A model generated the notes under the pieces. That model saw nothing but the letters and a program-made list of their open reading frames with translations. It did not search any database and had not been told where the DNA came from. DNA of 63,159 nucleotides, counting the filler, from Octopus bimaculoides (lineage: Eukaryota), in assembly GCF_001194135.2 (NCBI RefSeq). It is 4 parts of 3 records of this genome, joined end to end, with 100 filler letters (N's around TTAATTAATTAA, not from the genome) between each part and the next. Parts side by side here need not be neighbours in the genome. Positions count along the whole stretch, not along the records: positions 1 to 27,692 come from NC_068986.1; 3 more parts are not named here. The stretch is one strand, 5' to 3'. Positions within the stretch are counted from its first letter, which is position 1; each line of letters begins with the position of its first letter. A program made the translations under genes and the position numbers. Shown one piece after another: positions 13,197 through 26,890 of the stretch.

Positions 13197-15489
13197 TACA
13201 TGATATTGCCATCAGTGAATATTTGTGAAGAAAAAGAAAATATCCTTTACGAGGTTTTCTCAGTTTATAAATGAAAGTGTTCTTTCGCAACTATTCAGTA
13301 ATTAATGACTTGGAACAATTTGTTTTCACGCATCATTAAGCTGCTCCAGATTTCGGCATTATCGTGAAGTGTCTTTGGCAAAGGTCACTGATGCCATATC
13401 GCATGAAATGGACCATTATTTCTAAACTATTAATATCCTCTATCAAAGATACCGTTCACATTGCACGGCTCTTGGGTTACCGTCCATTCCCATCACTGAA
13501 CACGATCAAACTAAGTTATTCTGTCTTTTTTTTTCTTTTTGTTTTAATATTTTGGGGGGTTTATTTTCTTCTTTTGTTACGTGTACTGATGTGTAAGTAA
13601 AGCTGGCTGCTATGTTGCACACGTCAAGTCCTCTCCTATCACGTTCTACACTGTCATAGAGAAAAGAATTACTCACTCTCTCCCTAAATCTCTCTTTCTC
13701 TTTCTCACTCTCTCACTCTCTCTCTTTCTTTCTCCTTCCTTTTAAATTCCTTAAATTAAAATACATTGCTCATTATTACTTCGTCTTCTTGAATACTGAA
13801 CATGTTTCTGTCTCTGTGTTGCACCTGACTTACCTCTCTTTTCCCCTACACATAAACACTTTCACAGACAGACACTGAAAACACGCGCACATACACATAC
13901 ACACATATACGCATACAAATTGTCTTTCTTTAGGATCAAACTTTCGCTATTTGTCTCTACATTCCTTTCCATATTCTTTCTGATTCATGCTCCTTTCAGT
14001 GACTCGGAGTTAATAAGTACAGTCACTCATGTTTCCACATCCTTTGATTAAACACTAAGCTGATTTTTCTGAAAGGATTTGAATGTTCGATTGAATTGAG
14101 CCTCCGCACTCCCCTCTCACCATGTTACTACTTACACTTTTTTTTGTTCCAACAAGATTTGAACATGAAGCTGAGAGGCTTTAAATTTAACACCACGTTA
14201 AAATACTGCTTGTCCACAATTTATGATCTCGGCTGCTACCACAACACTCTTTTCACTTCTTATTTCAATCTGTAATTAAGCAAATTTATAATCATAGACA
14301 TTCCAACTGTGACCATTCCATCTTCTATTTCAGAAATAGTATATCTAATACAATATTAGTTGACGGGTCATTCATATTTTAAGACGGAAGTGTGTATGAG
14401 GAAAATTTAGCTAGTAATCGAGCAACTACACAGAGGTTCGGTTGTCCGTTCACACACGTAATAACTCTTGTATTAAGCCAACCCGTGAGTCTGCATGTGG
14501 TTGCTCTACCTGCTAGAAATAGCAAAGAATTATCTGTTAAATCATACTTCATTGAAGTGGTTTTTCTTTGGCTTCCAGTACAGAATTCAAATCATCTTAA
14601 ATGTATGGCTTTTGCAGTTTGTATGAAGATACATACGTTCTGCCAAGCTGATGTATTTGGGATACACCACAGGAAGACTTTAATTTGTGTGTCTACAACC
14701 TATACAGAAAAGGGAAGTCGATTACGCCAACCGTCAGTGATCAACTGGTACTTATTTTATCAACCCCTAAATGATGAAATGAAAAGTCGACCTCGGTGGA
14801 ATTTGCAATCAGAAGGTAAAGACAGACGAAAAGCCACTAAGCATTTTGCCCGGCGTGCTAACGATTTTGCCGGCTCGCCGTCTTAGTAAAAGGAAATACT
14901 GACAGAAGATTTAAATGAAGAACAAGCAATCAATTTATTTCTATTACAATCTGTCCGATAGTTTTTACAATGATTAATTGTTTGAAATAATCAGTTCCCC
15001 AACAATACACTAATGCTCACAAATATATCTTAAATATCTATATTTATAAATTAATTCACCATCAAACAAAAGAATTTTGTTTTAATACGCAGCTTGATAT
15101 TCGTTGGGTCTTTAATCATAACATTTAATTACACAGTAAAATATAACACGAGCAAATTAGTGAAGGTTTGTGCAGATATACATCTAATTCACACAATGGA
15201 TTGAACATTATACCGTAGGAAGAAAAGTTCAACTTTTCAGGCAGAATGCTTCATCAGAGAACGATGAAATATCAACGGGTGTTACGGACGAAATACAACA
15301 GGATTAATAAGTGCAAGAAAAATTTATCACTTTCCCTGTCTCCTCGTGTTATAATGTTTTATATCTCTGACCGATTACAAATTCAGCAATCTCAATTGAT
15401 ATTTTACTCTCCGATGAAGAGTTCTGTCTGAAGCGTTAAACTTTTCTTCTCGGCCTAAGATTTATATTAGACTTTTAAACTATTTGATT

Positions 15490-15960
15490 GCATATTTCTT
15501 TGCTTAACTATCTATCGACAGTTTGGGGTTTTTGAAATATAATGAATCGAAGTCTTTGATTTTTTAAAAATCATTAATAGTTTTGATAAATCGAATACAT
15601 TACAGGAAGAACTGCAAATAAACCAGAAAAAAACATCTCATAAATTGTAAAACAAAAATTTCCTAAATTATTATCAAATTAAGCAATTGGAAAGCTAATA
15701 TATTGAGGAATAACAAATGATTGGATTCGCACATCTCAGTAAACAGGATTGTTTGGATGTTTTTAAATCATCGTCGAGCAATTTTCCAGCCTGATAGTTG
15801 AGCTGAATGACAGATTTACTGATTTAAACATTTCTCACTTGAAATATTCATCCATTTCTTTCTAATAACCGCGAAAATAAAGAATCTTGGTATGGCCTTT
15901 GAACAGGCTAGCGAATTAACTGACTTGAAAAACGAGACGTCATGAAACCATTGGAAGCTT
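15490..15960 (+). pseudogene. Decayed hAT (Charlie/SPIN-like) transposase fragment
   Basis: FDKSNTLQEELQ...KLSNWKANIL and EQFSSLIVELNDRFTDL resemble hAT N.LN..LQ, KL.LWK and F..RF.DF motifs. Multiple stops. Confidence 0.45.
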
Positions 15961-16699
15961 CAAATCACGAGTTGATGTGACATGAGGCCCAAGTTAGTTT
16001 CAACAGGAGAAATTCAGGGGTGGGGGAAATATTTTTTACCATTTCCATCAACATATTGAGTCGAATGTGCTCTCACTGTTGTGATGGACTTCATGGTTAA
16101 AATAGGAGGACACCTCAGTATCTGCAAGCGCGGTGACCTGAAAACGAAATTAACCTTTTTTCACCTCGACTTTCTCAATTAGTGTCGTTAAAAAGAACTC
16201 ATAATTCTCAATAGAATTCCATAATTTCAAGGGACATTTGTTAAATTGGTTATAATTAAAGAATAATAGTTTTTTTCTATTTTATATTTCTCATTCATTT
16301 TTAATTAAATATTCAAAATTAATTGTATTATATTTTGCTTCCTTGGGTTAATTTCTTTATATTGTTGATTGTTATTTTATAAATACAACAAAAGTATATT
16401 TTCTGACAATTGGAGAAGATTCTATGGAATCTGATGTCAATAATGGGTGGGGGGGCATACAGTAACAGGACGTTAAGAATGGTCTATGCAGTCAACCAGT
16501 CTTTCAGAATTATCAGCGTCATATCACATCCTACGGTCTCAAAAACTGAATGGAATGTTTTTAACCAGAGGGTTCACAACAATAGCATTAATACTAACGG
16601 ACATTTTTTCTGGTTAATGTATGTATGAGTGTATATATGCATATATATGCATGCATGTATGCATGCATGTATGTATGTATGTATGTATGTATGTACGTA

Positions 16700-17596
16700 C
16701 GAGGTGGTATAAAAACGTTCACGCACTAGTTATGTTTAATAAACAATTCATTTGCCTAAGTTTTAACATCATCTCCTTTGAAATAGTCACCTTGCGCAGC
16801 AATACACCGGTCCCAGATTCCTGCCACTTTTGGAATCCGGTCTGGAAGTCGCTTTCCGTAAGCTAGTCGAGGGCCTTCTGTGATTTGTTCTGGATCTTAA
16901 CAACAGTGACCTTTGCGTTACATTTTTCTCTTGGGAAAGCGGTGGAAGTCTGCAGGAACTAAGTCTGGCGAATAGGGCGGGTGCAGAAGCGATACCATGT
17001 TGTTTTGGCGAGAAACTTACGAGTAAGGAGAGGTCAGTAACTGGGTGCATTGTCGTCGCGAAGAATCCAATTCATCGCACTGCAGAGATCTGGTCGTTTT
17101 CGCCAAATATCCTCCCGCAAATTCTTCAAATCAGCGCTGTAGAAATCTTGATTGACGGTCTGAACCTGAGGGGCGAATTCTCGATGCACAATAACACGGA
17201 TGTTGAAAGAAACGATGGGTATGCTCTTGATTGAGCTGTGACTCTGTCGTGCCTTCTTCGGTCGTGGAGATGAGGAGATGAAGGGCTCTTCCATTGTGAC
17301 TACTTCTGCTTCGTCTCAGGGTCGTACTCAATGTCTCTGTAACAGACTTCCCAAACTTAACGCAAAATATCACGTTGTCTCTTAGTTCCAACTTCCTGTG
17401 CATGACAAAGTCACAGATTACAGCATACACGTAATCAAAAAACACAAATACCACAACTTACGAAGTAAACACAGGAATGTCACTCGGCACACTGCCCGAT
17501 GAAGGTTACAGCTAGCTCTCACTGCGCACGCAACTGTGTGCTGCCACTTGTTGGCACACTACAGAGTTAGTCCGGTAACGTTTTGATACCACTTCG
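16700..17596 (-). mobile_element. Internally deleted mariner transposon
   Basis: TIRs cgaggtggtataaaaacgtt / aacgttttgataccacttcg with TA on both sides (16698-99, 17597-98). Transposase remnants ELRDNVIFCVKFGKSVTET, PKKARQS..IVHREFAPQVQTVNQDFY, WILRDDNAP, RCIAAQGDYFKGD. Confidence 0.92.
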
Positions 17597-17632
17597 TATG
17601 TGCATATGTATGTATGTGTATATAGATATATG

Positions 17633-17704
<72 letters not shown>

Positions 17705-17705
17705 T

Positions 17706-18018
17706 AGTGATGGTATCTTGTCAACTTGATGTAACATCTCCATGAAGGGAAGAATGCTACTTCTATTTAGCCCTAGGAAACACCGTTTCCAGTTAGCCAT
17801 GACATATTTTCTGTGTCCTTATGTTTTCAAAGGGGAGATAAGCACATCCACCCAGCAAAGCCAGCATCCAGAGACTAGTTTCAGAGTTATTGCTCATCAT
17901 CAGTGTGGAGTAGCATAGCTTGCTAGCTGTCGATGCCTGGTGTTTCTTAGGACTAAATAGCAGTAGCGTTCTTCACTTTCATGCGACTGTCACATTAAGT
18001 TGACAATATGCCATCACT
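17706..18018. mobile_element. MITE/foldback element with ~80-bp imperfect TIRs
   Basis: agtgatggtatcttgtcaacttgatg...ctaggaaacacc matches the reverse complement of ggtgtttcttagg...aagttgacaatatgccatcact. Sits between (TA)n tracts. Confidence 0.75.
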
Positions 18019-18302
18019 TTATCATGCTGCTACTGTATAAATCTCTCTGAGAGATTTACAAATGTAATATTTATATATATATATATNNNNNNNNNNNNNN
18101 NNNNNNNNNNNNNNNNNNNNNNNNNNNNNNNNNNNNNNNNNNNNNNNNNNNNNNNNNNNNNNNNNNNNNNNNNNNNNNNNNNNNNNNNNNNNNNNNNNNN
18201 NNNNNNNNNNNNNNNNNNNNNNNNNNNNNNNNNNNNNNNNNNNNNNNNNNNNNNNNNNNNNNNNNNNNNNNNNNNNNNNNNNNNNNNNNNNNNNNNNNNN
18301 NN

Positions 18303-18341
<39 letters not shown>

Positions 18342-18347
18342 TGGGTA

Positions 18348-18749
18348 CAGGACGTCCCCAACAGTAAACAAATGTGTTAAATACGCAAATAACGAAAGAA
18401 AAAAGACAAGTGATACAAAGAATGACCATTCATCAGCTGTCGGCTGTCTATCTACTCCCCATTTCGAGCGATCATCGATAATATGAGTCTTCGAAGACTG
18501 TTGCTGCCTTAAATATCAAAATATAATTTTGGATTTATGGAGGGCTAAAGTTAGGAACAAAAACAGGACAGTGGAGGCATACATGGAAAGCGAATGAAAA
18601 CAAAACTTCAAGGGTCGGCGAGTAGATAGACAGCCGACAACTGAAGAAGGGCCATTCTTTGTATTACACGTTCTTTTTTTCTCTCGTTATATGCTTATCT
18701 AACTCATTAGTTTTCATATTTCATGTTATTTACTGTTGGTGACGCCCTG
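18348..18749. mobile_element. MITE/foldback element with ~115-135 bp imperfect TIRs (CAG start, TA on the left)
   Basis: Left arm caggacgtccccaacagtaaa...tgtcggctgtctatctactc matches the reverse complement of gagtagatagacagccgaca...tttactgttggtgacgccctg. Confidence 0.75.
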
Positions 18750-18754
18750 TGTCA

Positions 18755-18792
<38 letters not shown>

Positions 18793-18814
18793 ATATATAG
18801 TGAGAAATTACAAA

Positions 18815-19890
18815 AAATAGCAAAAGACGAAGACGGGTGTGTAAGCAACAAACAGATGTATTAGTTTAACGCTCGGGAAGTGAGAAAGCGCTTTACGCTC
18901 TTCGGCAGAAAGGAACACAGAAATAAACAGGGAGAGAAAATAGAAAAAGCTTTAGTGGCTAGCAATCTATCATGGTGAATGCCGGACAGAGGGGACACAC
19001 AGGAGAGCTAGGAAGAAGGGGAGATAATAAAGTAGTTATGATCCCAAAATGAAGGTGCGCGTGCGTGTGTATGTGAGAGCGTGTATGTGCATGTGGAAGT
19101 GGGTTGGTGACATTGACGTGTGCGTCTGTGCATGTGTAGCTATGTGGATGATGGTGTAGGTGCTGGGAAGTGGTCAGTGCTAGTGTGCGCGGGGTGGTGT
19201 GATGTGCTGTGGTGCAGTATAGTGGTGTGTGGTGTGGTGTGGTGGTGNNNNNNNNNNNNNNNNNNNNNNNNNNNNNNNNNNNNNNNNNNNNNNNNNNNNN
19301 NNNNNNNNNNNNNNNNNNNNNNNNNNNNGGGGTCTAAGGGATGGGGTGGGGTCTAAAGGATGGGGTGGGGTGGGGTGGGATGAGATGTATAGGGATGGTT
19401 GGGTTGGAATGTGTAGGCGTGGGGTAACAAGAGAGGGGTGACGATGAAGGGAGTGGATGGAAGGGAGAAAGTGGGTAGGAGTGAAGAGAGGAAGTAGATG
19501 CTAGAGCAAGAGAAGAGAGGTGGGTGGGAGGAAGTAGGTGTGAGAGGAAGAGAGGAGAGAGGAGGAAGGTTAGATGAAGAGGAGAGGAGAATTGAGCCCA
19601 TGTGGCACAAAGGAACGAAGAAAGAAGATTAATCACTGCTCACGGCGAAGACGAGAGTCCGGATGGCCCCTGTGCAAGGACAATCCGAACACAGACAGGT
19701 GTTGTAAAGAGTTAGCGGTAGATTGAAAATGACGCGAGACCGGAGTGTCGTTGGCAAGTCGGATGTCTCTGAGGTGTTTCGTGAACCGGTCAGCCAAGCG
19801 GCGTCTCGTTTGACCGATGTATAGAGAAGAAAAGAGAGAGCAGGAGATGCAGCAGATGACGTTGCTAGATGTGCAGGTGAAGGAGTCAGT
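18815..19890 (-). mobile_element. Penelope-like element 3' fragment (GIY-YIG + microsatellite-rich UTR + pLTR end), same family as 37190-38365
   Basis: Reverse strand DSFTCTSSNVICCISCSLFSSLYIGQTRRRLADRFTKHLRDI..., stop at ~19570. pLTR end at 18815-18975 matches 37300-37450. Confidence 0.8.
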
Positions 19891-19974
19891 GTTGTTACTC
19901 TTCGTCCTTCCGTCCCTCTCTCACTCCCCTCTCTCTCCCTCTTTCCCCTCTTTTTCTCCCTCTCCCACTCTCTC

Positions 19975-20648
19975 TCAGTCTGGGGTACTGAAACACGCCA
20001 CTCGAGAAACTCGGTTGAGCACACACGGGGAAATTACCGACCGAGGCCACCATTCTGTAAGATCCCTTCTTATACCGATCCATTTCACTCAGAATACAGT
20101 TAGAATAAAGGACGTTGATGTTCTACCAGCAATAGATAATTACTTATAGCAGTTGTCTTGCTCGCTATAAAAAAAAATAAACATATTGCATGTTCACAAG
20201 CGACAAACAAGAATTGACTGGTCACAGGCATCCAAACTGATCAAGAATGTATAGAAGCCCCCGACTCCTCCAAACCTGATCATTCTGTCAGGTGGCTTGC
20301 AAATGTTCGTAATGGTTGAGGGCAGAAAGGCAAGAGCCAAGACCTCACTTATTTGGCAACACAAAGCATCTTAGAGTTTCCTCTCCGCAGCAAATGCGGT
20401 GAGAAGGAAAACCTCATTAATGCTGCTGACGTAATTATCACAGCAGCAACAACAAAAGCAGCAGTGTTAGTAACAACTTTTAATCATACCAGCAAAAACT
20501 ACAACACTAAAATAAATAGAAAATGCCGCTAAAGCTAGAGTAGCAACAGCAGAAGTAGCAACAGAAACAGCAGCAACAGAATCTCCCAATCACAATACAC
20601 CCACCCACCCCGTGCGCGCACACACACACACACACACACATACACACA

Positions 20649-20693
<45 letters not shown>

Positions 20694-23600
20694 GGCACAC
20701 TACCTCCCCTTGAGATCGCTTAGATATGTCGTACAATGAGAGCGATAAAGGTGAAAAATGGGAGAAGGTCCACGTAAGAAGGGAGAAAATCAGAAAAAAA
20801 ATATAAACAAGTCTACTCAAGAAAATGCTGGGAGACTTAGAGTTATTTAACTTCATTGGAGTATTATACCAACAACTCCACCACCACTAATAACACTGCC
20901 ACAAGCAACGTTGACTCTGCAAATACCACAATAAACAAAAGCGCAACCCAGTCGACGCCGAAACCAACATGAACTCGCAAAGTAAGTTATAAATTACACT
21001 GCCATAGACACAACGACAATCAATGTAAACAAATTAACGAACCGTGTACATGAACGCTCAAACTTTACGCACAATAATTTCAGGGCGCCAACGAATGACA
21101 TATCAACAAATATAAATCTTAAAAACAACACAAATCACTAAAAAGAAAATAAAACCAAAGCTCGCCAAGCAGCGTAAGATTTCCGAAGGACCATAAACAA
21201 AAACTTACAAGATCCTTCTGATAGAAACAACCACACTTAAACAGAAGAACCGATAACATATCCTTACCCCAGAATAAGATAAGTAGTCTTTATCACTTAC
21301 CCCTTTCTTGACCTTACTCAGAATAGGAAGTTTGGATTCACTTAGCCTGGGGTCACCTTGAATGCAAAAGCATCTGTTCAGTGACTTCATGCGATGGCAG
21401 TCAACAGGACAAAAGTTATACGAGGCACGAGCTTTCACAGTTAGCAGGCGTATACATGCAGAAATCGATCGGGATCAGGAGGCAGATTTGCAGTGTTGTT
21501 TTGGAAAGGTCTGAATCTCACAATACAGACAATGTGTCTGGACACAGATCTCACAATACAAACAATGTTCCTGGATACAGAAGCTAAGTTGGTTGACATT
21601 ACCAAAAGCGAAGGACCCACCCCTAGAATAGTAACTGTATATCCTGGCCGAAACGAAGTGACAGATTTTTCAGGTTTCTGGAGTTTTACTTGGAAATATC
21701 CGCTGTTTAGTGCTAGTGTGAGATTGGTACAGGATTTTGAGTGCATGATAGGACAGTTTCATAAGAATATTCTAGAGGTCATTTCGTAGAGATACCATAG
21801 GTTATCCATAATTTAAAGTTACCGGCTTTAAAAACCACAGCTTTGTAATCTGCACGGTCTGCCTAGATAAACTTCATAAGCAGAGACCCTGAAAGCTTAA
21901 CTCGCTTTTCCTGGTGCTGAATGCTTACAGAGTTCAGATTAGAAAATTAGTTAAGAGGGCTTCGACAGGGTAATCGTGAACAACAAAAACGTAGCTCACT
22001 CTGAAAGAGAAGTTAGAACAGAATTAATACTAAGAGACAAGTACTAGAGAATATCAGATTAGAGGAGACCTATTTAGAAACTTAGAAGAGGCGTTTAGGA
22101 AAAGTACTGTGATTGACGTACTTGCCGTGACAATGGCTCTCGATCAGTTTTTCAGCGTGGAGCATAAAGCCTTCATCGTTAGCTCTAAGAGTGTATGATC
22201 TAAATCATTAAAACCCGAAAGATTTTTATGAGATCCAGTAGCAGATGCACAACATAGCAACGAAGCCATAATTCGGTCTTCGGCAGAAGATCATGAGTAC
22301 GTGCTACTCGATCCTATGTAGTCGTTTGGAACTATTCAAAAGCTCACTGCTTAACTATTTTGGGATGCATGATGAGTAGGGTCGCATACTGAACTCTAAG
22401 CCCACTTCTGCGGCTAGCTGCGAATCTCAACAAAGGAGGCAGAGTGTTGCGAAAAGCTAATTACATCTACGAAAACACAGTGAACTCTACGAGGTGCAAA
22501 TCGCTGCTTTGGATCGTCTAATCTACGAGCTTCATGTTTACATTGCAGTCTTGTTCGGCGACCTATTGGCAAATATCTATCGTAACTTGCAGCAATCTCC
22601 ATTTCTCTGAGCCGAGGAGATGTAGCACTGCGAGAAAGGACCAGAACAAGCAGGAACACATGGATAATTCATGTCTGTCCCATAACCTTGCTAAACTCAG
22701 AGTTAAAGATTATAACCAAGCTTACAACTTATCAATGATGGTCGCATTGGTGATGTGCAAATATGCACATCCAGAACAGATACATCCATTACAACCTCCA
22801 CCTGATGTAATACATCATAAACAGGGAACAAGGGGAGTAAGGAATTTGGCAAGGTGAGCCCCGAACAACTTGTATCAATCGATAGCTTTCGATAGGGTGA
22901 CTATCAATACTTGGCAGCTTTTTTCACAACAGCTGGTTTAGCTCTCGTCTTCAGATGTTGGATCGCCGCATCTGCTCGGTGTTAGGATGAAGAGCTACCT
23001 ATTAGAATCATGCAGTATCTTGCACTTGGTCCGTCATAGTTATTCTCACTCATCTTTTCAGTATGTTCTGACTTTTAAGACTCTATTGTGGAAACTGAAG
23101 ACATGGAGGAACATTTTGCACGAAAAAGAATGTGTTAGATCTATCTCAGGTTATGTGGGCCGCTTCACCGAGATAGTGTCGGACAATAATCATATCGAGG
23201 TCTTTAATACCCCTGTAAACGAGTGTAGGACGCAGAAAATTTAAGTGGACTTGCAGCTGGGAATCTATCTGAAAAGGAAGTTCCATACTGCCCAACAGTT
23301 TTGTAGGCGTTAAAAGGATGAATTGATTAAATTGTTCAAAATCAGATTAGATCCAGATCCCCGAGTGACGATGAAATGTGATGAAATGATGAGCATAGTG
23401 GCCAAACTCACCCAAAAATATATCGAAAAAATGTATCTCTGAGAGGTCGAGAGGTCGTGAATGCCAACTTCACCTTCGTCATCTACCACCACTTGACAGT
23501 CGCACCCTCCCTCAGTCTCTGTCTGAACGTCTGCTCTTCCGCATTCTGTGAAAGGGACGTATTCCATTGGTCAATTCTTCCATTTGCTATCAACACCTGC

Positions 23601-24775
23601 ATGGAGAAATGGGTATGCTGTGTGGTTGATGACGCATGATAGGCATGCACTGAGCCAGCGATATCTCCAGGTTTTGCTTGATGTGACGCGTCTGAAAAGG
23701 TTAGATCAACGTTTTTCCCTACCTCGTCTCTTCGAAGTCTTGATCAAGTAATGACCGAGACAGATTGCTTGTCATCTAGAATGTCGTCAAGTGCTCACAT
23801 CCTCTGATAGCTGCACATTGCATTTGGTGAAAGTACCTCTCTAATGTACCTCTTTAACCTACCACAGATTTTTCTGGCCACGAGAACTCATCTTGCAAGG
23901 AATTCATTTTCAAAGAATAGCCAGAACAAATGACGTTAAGCACTCAATACCAGCGTTCTGTAGGAGATGGGTGGCAAGGAAATGCAATGACGCGCTCGAG
24001 GAAACTCTGAGTGTTGACGAAAATTAAATGCGTAGATTGTCCCAGTATTTTGTTCCAAATCCAGTAGATAATATCCGGAAATGCTTGGCTAAACAGTACT
24101 ATTTACACGGTGTGGGGTATTGCTTGTGTGAAGCAATATATACAGCCACTATAGTGCCAGCAATTAGTTCTATTTGAGACGCGCGCAGAACAACGAAACT
24201 GTTCAGCATGCATTCGTCCAGTTCCCGAGTATTGCTAACTTATGGGCTTATGTCGAACAGCTGTTGTTGCGTGTTGGACGGACTCCGTTAGCAGTTGAGC
24301 ACATTGTGAAAATCGTCCCACCGTCTTCCTTTAGACGGAAAGTGCTGATAGTTATCTGTCTGGTGACCAATATGTAAAAGGTTATGTGGTAGACGAGACT
24401 GAAAGGGCTGAAGACACACTTCTCTCTCTGGGCAAGCCTTCATTAACTTTTGCAGATTTCTCATGAAAAGGAAACTGAAGATGAAAAAGGGAATGTAGCC
24501 TTCCAGTAAGTTTGCTGAGCAATTGGCGAGAATAGAGGACATTGTTCGAGTGAGACACGGGTTCTACTCTAAACATGCGCTTTTAGATTGGAGGTCTGAA
24601 TTTGAAAGGCGCTTGCCTAAGTGGTCAAGGTGCCTAAGCGGTCAAGGTGACTATTCTTTTTGTGGAGTTCCATGTATAACACTTGCTAGTTCCTCCCTGC
24701 TGGGAAACTTATTTTTTCTAAAACTGTTATTGTTACCTCATTATTTTGTTGTTAATCTATAAACACATTCAAATC
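19975..24775 (+). mobile_element. Degenerate near-full-length L1/Tx1-clade LINE (ORF1 remnant + ORF2)
   Basis: ORF1 remnant PNLIILSGGLQMFVMVEGRK with a decayed knuckle (~20270-20400). ORF2 from ~21318: LRIGSLD (IGSLN-like APE start), RIVTVY, KNHSFV..*KLNS (DH/WKLN), AFDRV (22888), VRHSYSHSSFQYVLTF (decayed VRQGCPLSP), KGRIPLV, C-terminal ETVQHAFVQ..LWAYVEQLL. Heavily mutated. Confidence 0.75.
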
Positions 24776-24844
24776 CCTCTGTTTTTCTGTTTCCTACCAA
24801 TGCCTTTTCTACTTTTTATATAGCTTTTGTGGTTGATAAAGAAA

Positions 24845-24847
24845 CTA

Positions 24848-24938
<91 letters not shown>

Positions 24939-25017
24939 GACTACTACTACTACTACCACTACTACTACTACTACTACCACCACTACTACCACTACTACTG
25001 CTGCCGCTGCTGCTATC
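24845..25017. repeat. Compound (TAC)n(TGC)n(TAC)n array
   Basis: Directly visible. Confidence 0.95.
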
Positions 25018-25531
25018 ATTGTACCAATTTTTTACACAGGCACAAAGCTTTTGGGTATAGACGATTATATCAACTCCTTTTTTTGAAAAGTGTAATTTAA
25101 ACTCAGATCTTCAAGTGCTGAAGCAAATATCGCATGGCATTTTAACCGATGCTCTGTTCACTGTAATCCAAGTTCAGTATAGTCTGATAGATGTCTCCGG
25201 CAATGAAGAGGTGTCAGAAACAGTGAAGCAATGAAATACATATAGGACAAGGATATACAATATATACTAAATAATGTTTCCTTTCACTTATTGTTACTAT
25301 TTTCTTTTTTTCCCCTTCTAAGAACAACAGGCAAAGTATCGGACGGACAAATCTTTTCTTCCTCACAGCATAAAATTTAATTATATACTGTGTAATCTTT
25401 CTTGTTTGTTTTTATTATATAACCCATGCGGTAGATATATAAAAAGAGTTACTTCAGCTATTTTTCTGCCGATGGAAAAAAAATTACGAACAGCTTGAAT
25501 CGATTTTCGACCCTTATTGGGTTTTCATTAG

Positions 25532-25639
25532 AGGTGCCTACATCAATTTCCCCAGTCCCAGAGAAGCTTGCAGCCAATCTGTTTATATACTCAACAATTC
25601 CAGTAGCTACAGAGACATGGAAATACTCATTAGTATGCC
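25532..25639 (+). other. Candidate internal host exon (108 nt), gene unknown
   Basis: ttttcattag| ... |gtaagt in apparently unique sequence. Length is a multiple of 3 and two frames are open (GAYINFPSPREACSQ... or VPTSISPVPEKLAANL...). No protein recognised. Confidence 0.3.
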
Positions 25640-26217
25640 GTAAGTGTTAACACTTTATTTAATATTAGAGACCTGTCAACATAGATTTCAGTCCACACAG
25701 TATCCTGGTATGATATAACACATGTAAACCTATGAAGTAGATATATAAACATGGCTCATTTAGATTGAAAAAATGGCTTTATTTTGTTGGGCTTTTTTTT
25801 TGCGTAATACTTTTTTCACTATATCTACCGGAGGAATCATAGAATTTTAACCCTGCTCACAATAGTGAGATTATCTACCTTTATCTTCTGTATATGTATA
25901 GGTGACCATTGGTCCTAACTTGCAGACATTTCACCCATTGAGCCGAGACATTCAATGGCCAGGGTCTTATATCTATATGTACATGACAGCATGCATTTAT
26001 ATGAATATGCATTCGTGTGATTGCGTGGGTGACCATATAGGAAAATAGTGATAGCAGTTTTCAGTATTTGTCATAATATACTCCACAGAGAGCGGACACT
26101 TACATACATATATGACACGGAATGTTTGAAATTGTCTAACAAGAATTGGACTACTATTATTACAACTACTACTACTTCTTCCACTACTACTTCTTCCACT
26201 ACTACGACTACCAAATG

Positions 26218-26262
<45 letters not shown>

Positions 26263-26890
26263 GTAATAATGGCTTCAAATTTTGCCACCAGGGCAGCAGT
26301 CTTGAGGAAGGGGTTGAGCCGATTACACCGACCCAATTTTACATCTGGAACTTATTTTATCGACCCCGAAAGGATGAACGGTAAAGTCTACCTCGGTGCA
26401 ATTTGAACTCAGGACACAGCGACAGGCGAAATACCGTGCTAACGGTTCTGCCANNNNNNNNNNNNNNNNNNNNNNNNNNNNNNNNNNNNNNNNNNNNNNN
26501 NNNNNNNNNNNNNNNNNNNNNNNNNNNNNNNNNNNNNNNNNNNNNNNNNNNNNNNNNNNNNNNNNNNNNNNNNNNNNNNNNNNNNNNNNNNNNNNNNNNN
26601 NNNNNNNNNNNNNNNNNNNNNNNNNNNNNNNNNNNNNNNNNNNNNNNNNNNNNNNNNNNNNNNNNNNNNNNNNNNNNNNNNNNNNNNNNNNNNNNNNNNN
26701 NNNNNNNNNNNNNNNNNNNNNNNNNNNNNNNNNNNNNNNNNNNNNNNNNNNNNNNNNNNNNNNNNNNNNNNNNNNNNNNNNNNNNNNNNNNNNNNNNNNN
26801 NNNNNNNNNNNNNNNNNNNAAGAAGAAGAAGAAGAAGAAGAAGAAGAAGAAGAAGAAGAAGAAGAAGAAGAAGAAGAAGAAGAAGAAGAA

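Noticed and set aside
15405-15445. ccgatgaagag...ctgaagcgtta, hammerhead-like
   Set aside because: Both core halves and stem II are mutated; too degenerate to call, though it may be an old pLTR remnant.
18640-18680. ctgaagaagggcc as a possible hammerhead core
   Set aside because: No GAAA or stem III follows; it lies in the TIR of the foldback element.
21441-21860. Minus-strand ORF resembling Ty3/Gypsy RT (LALNSGYFQV...SVTSF)
   Set aside because: The plus strand of the same bases gives colinear L1/Tx1 APE motifs continuous with 3 kb of ORF2. The Gypsy likeness is judged coincidental; no LTRs, integrase or YxDD follow.
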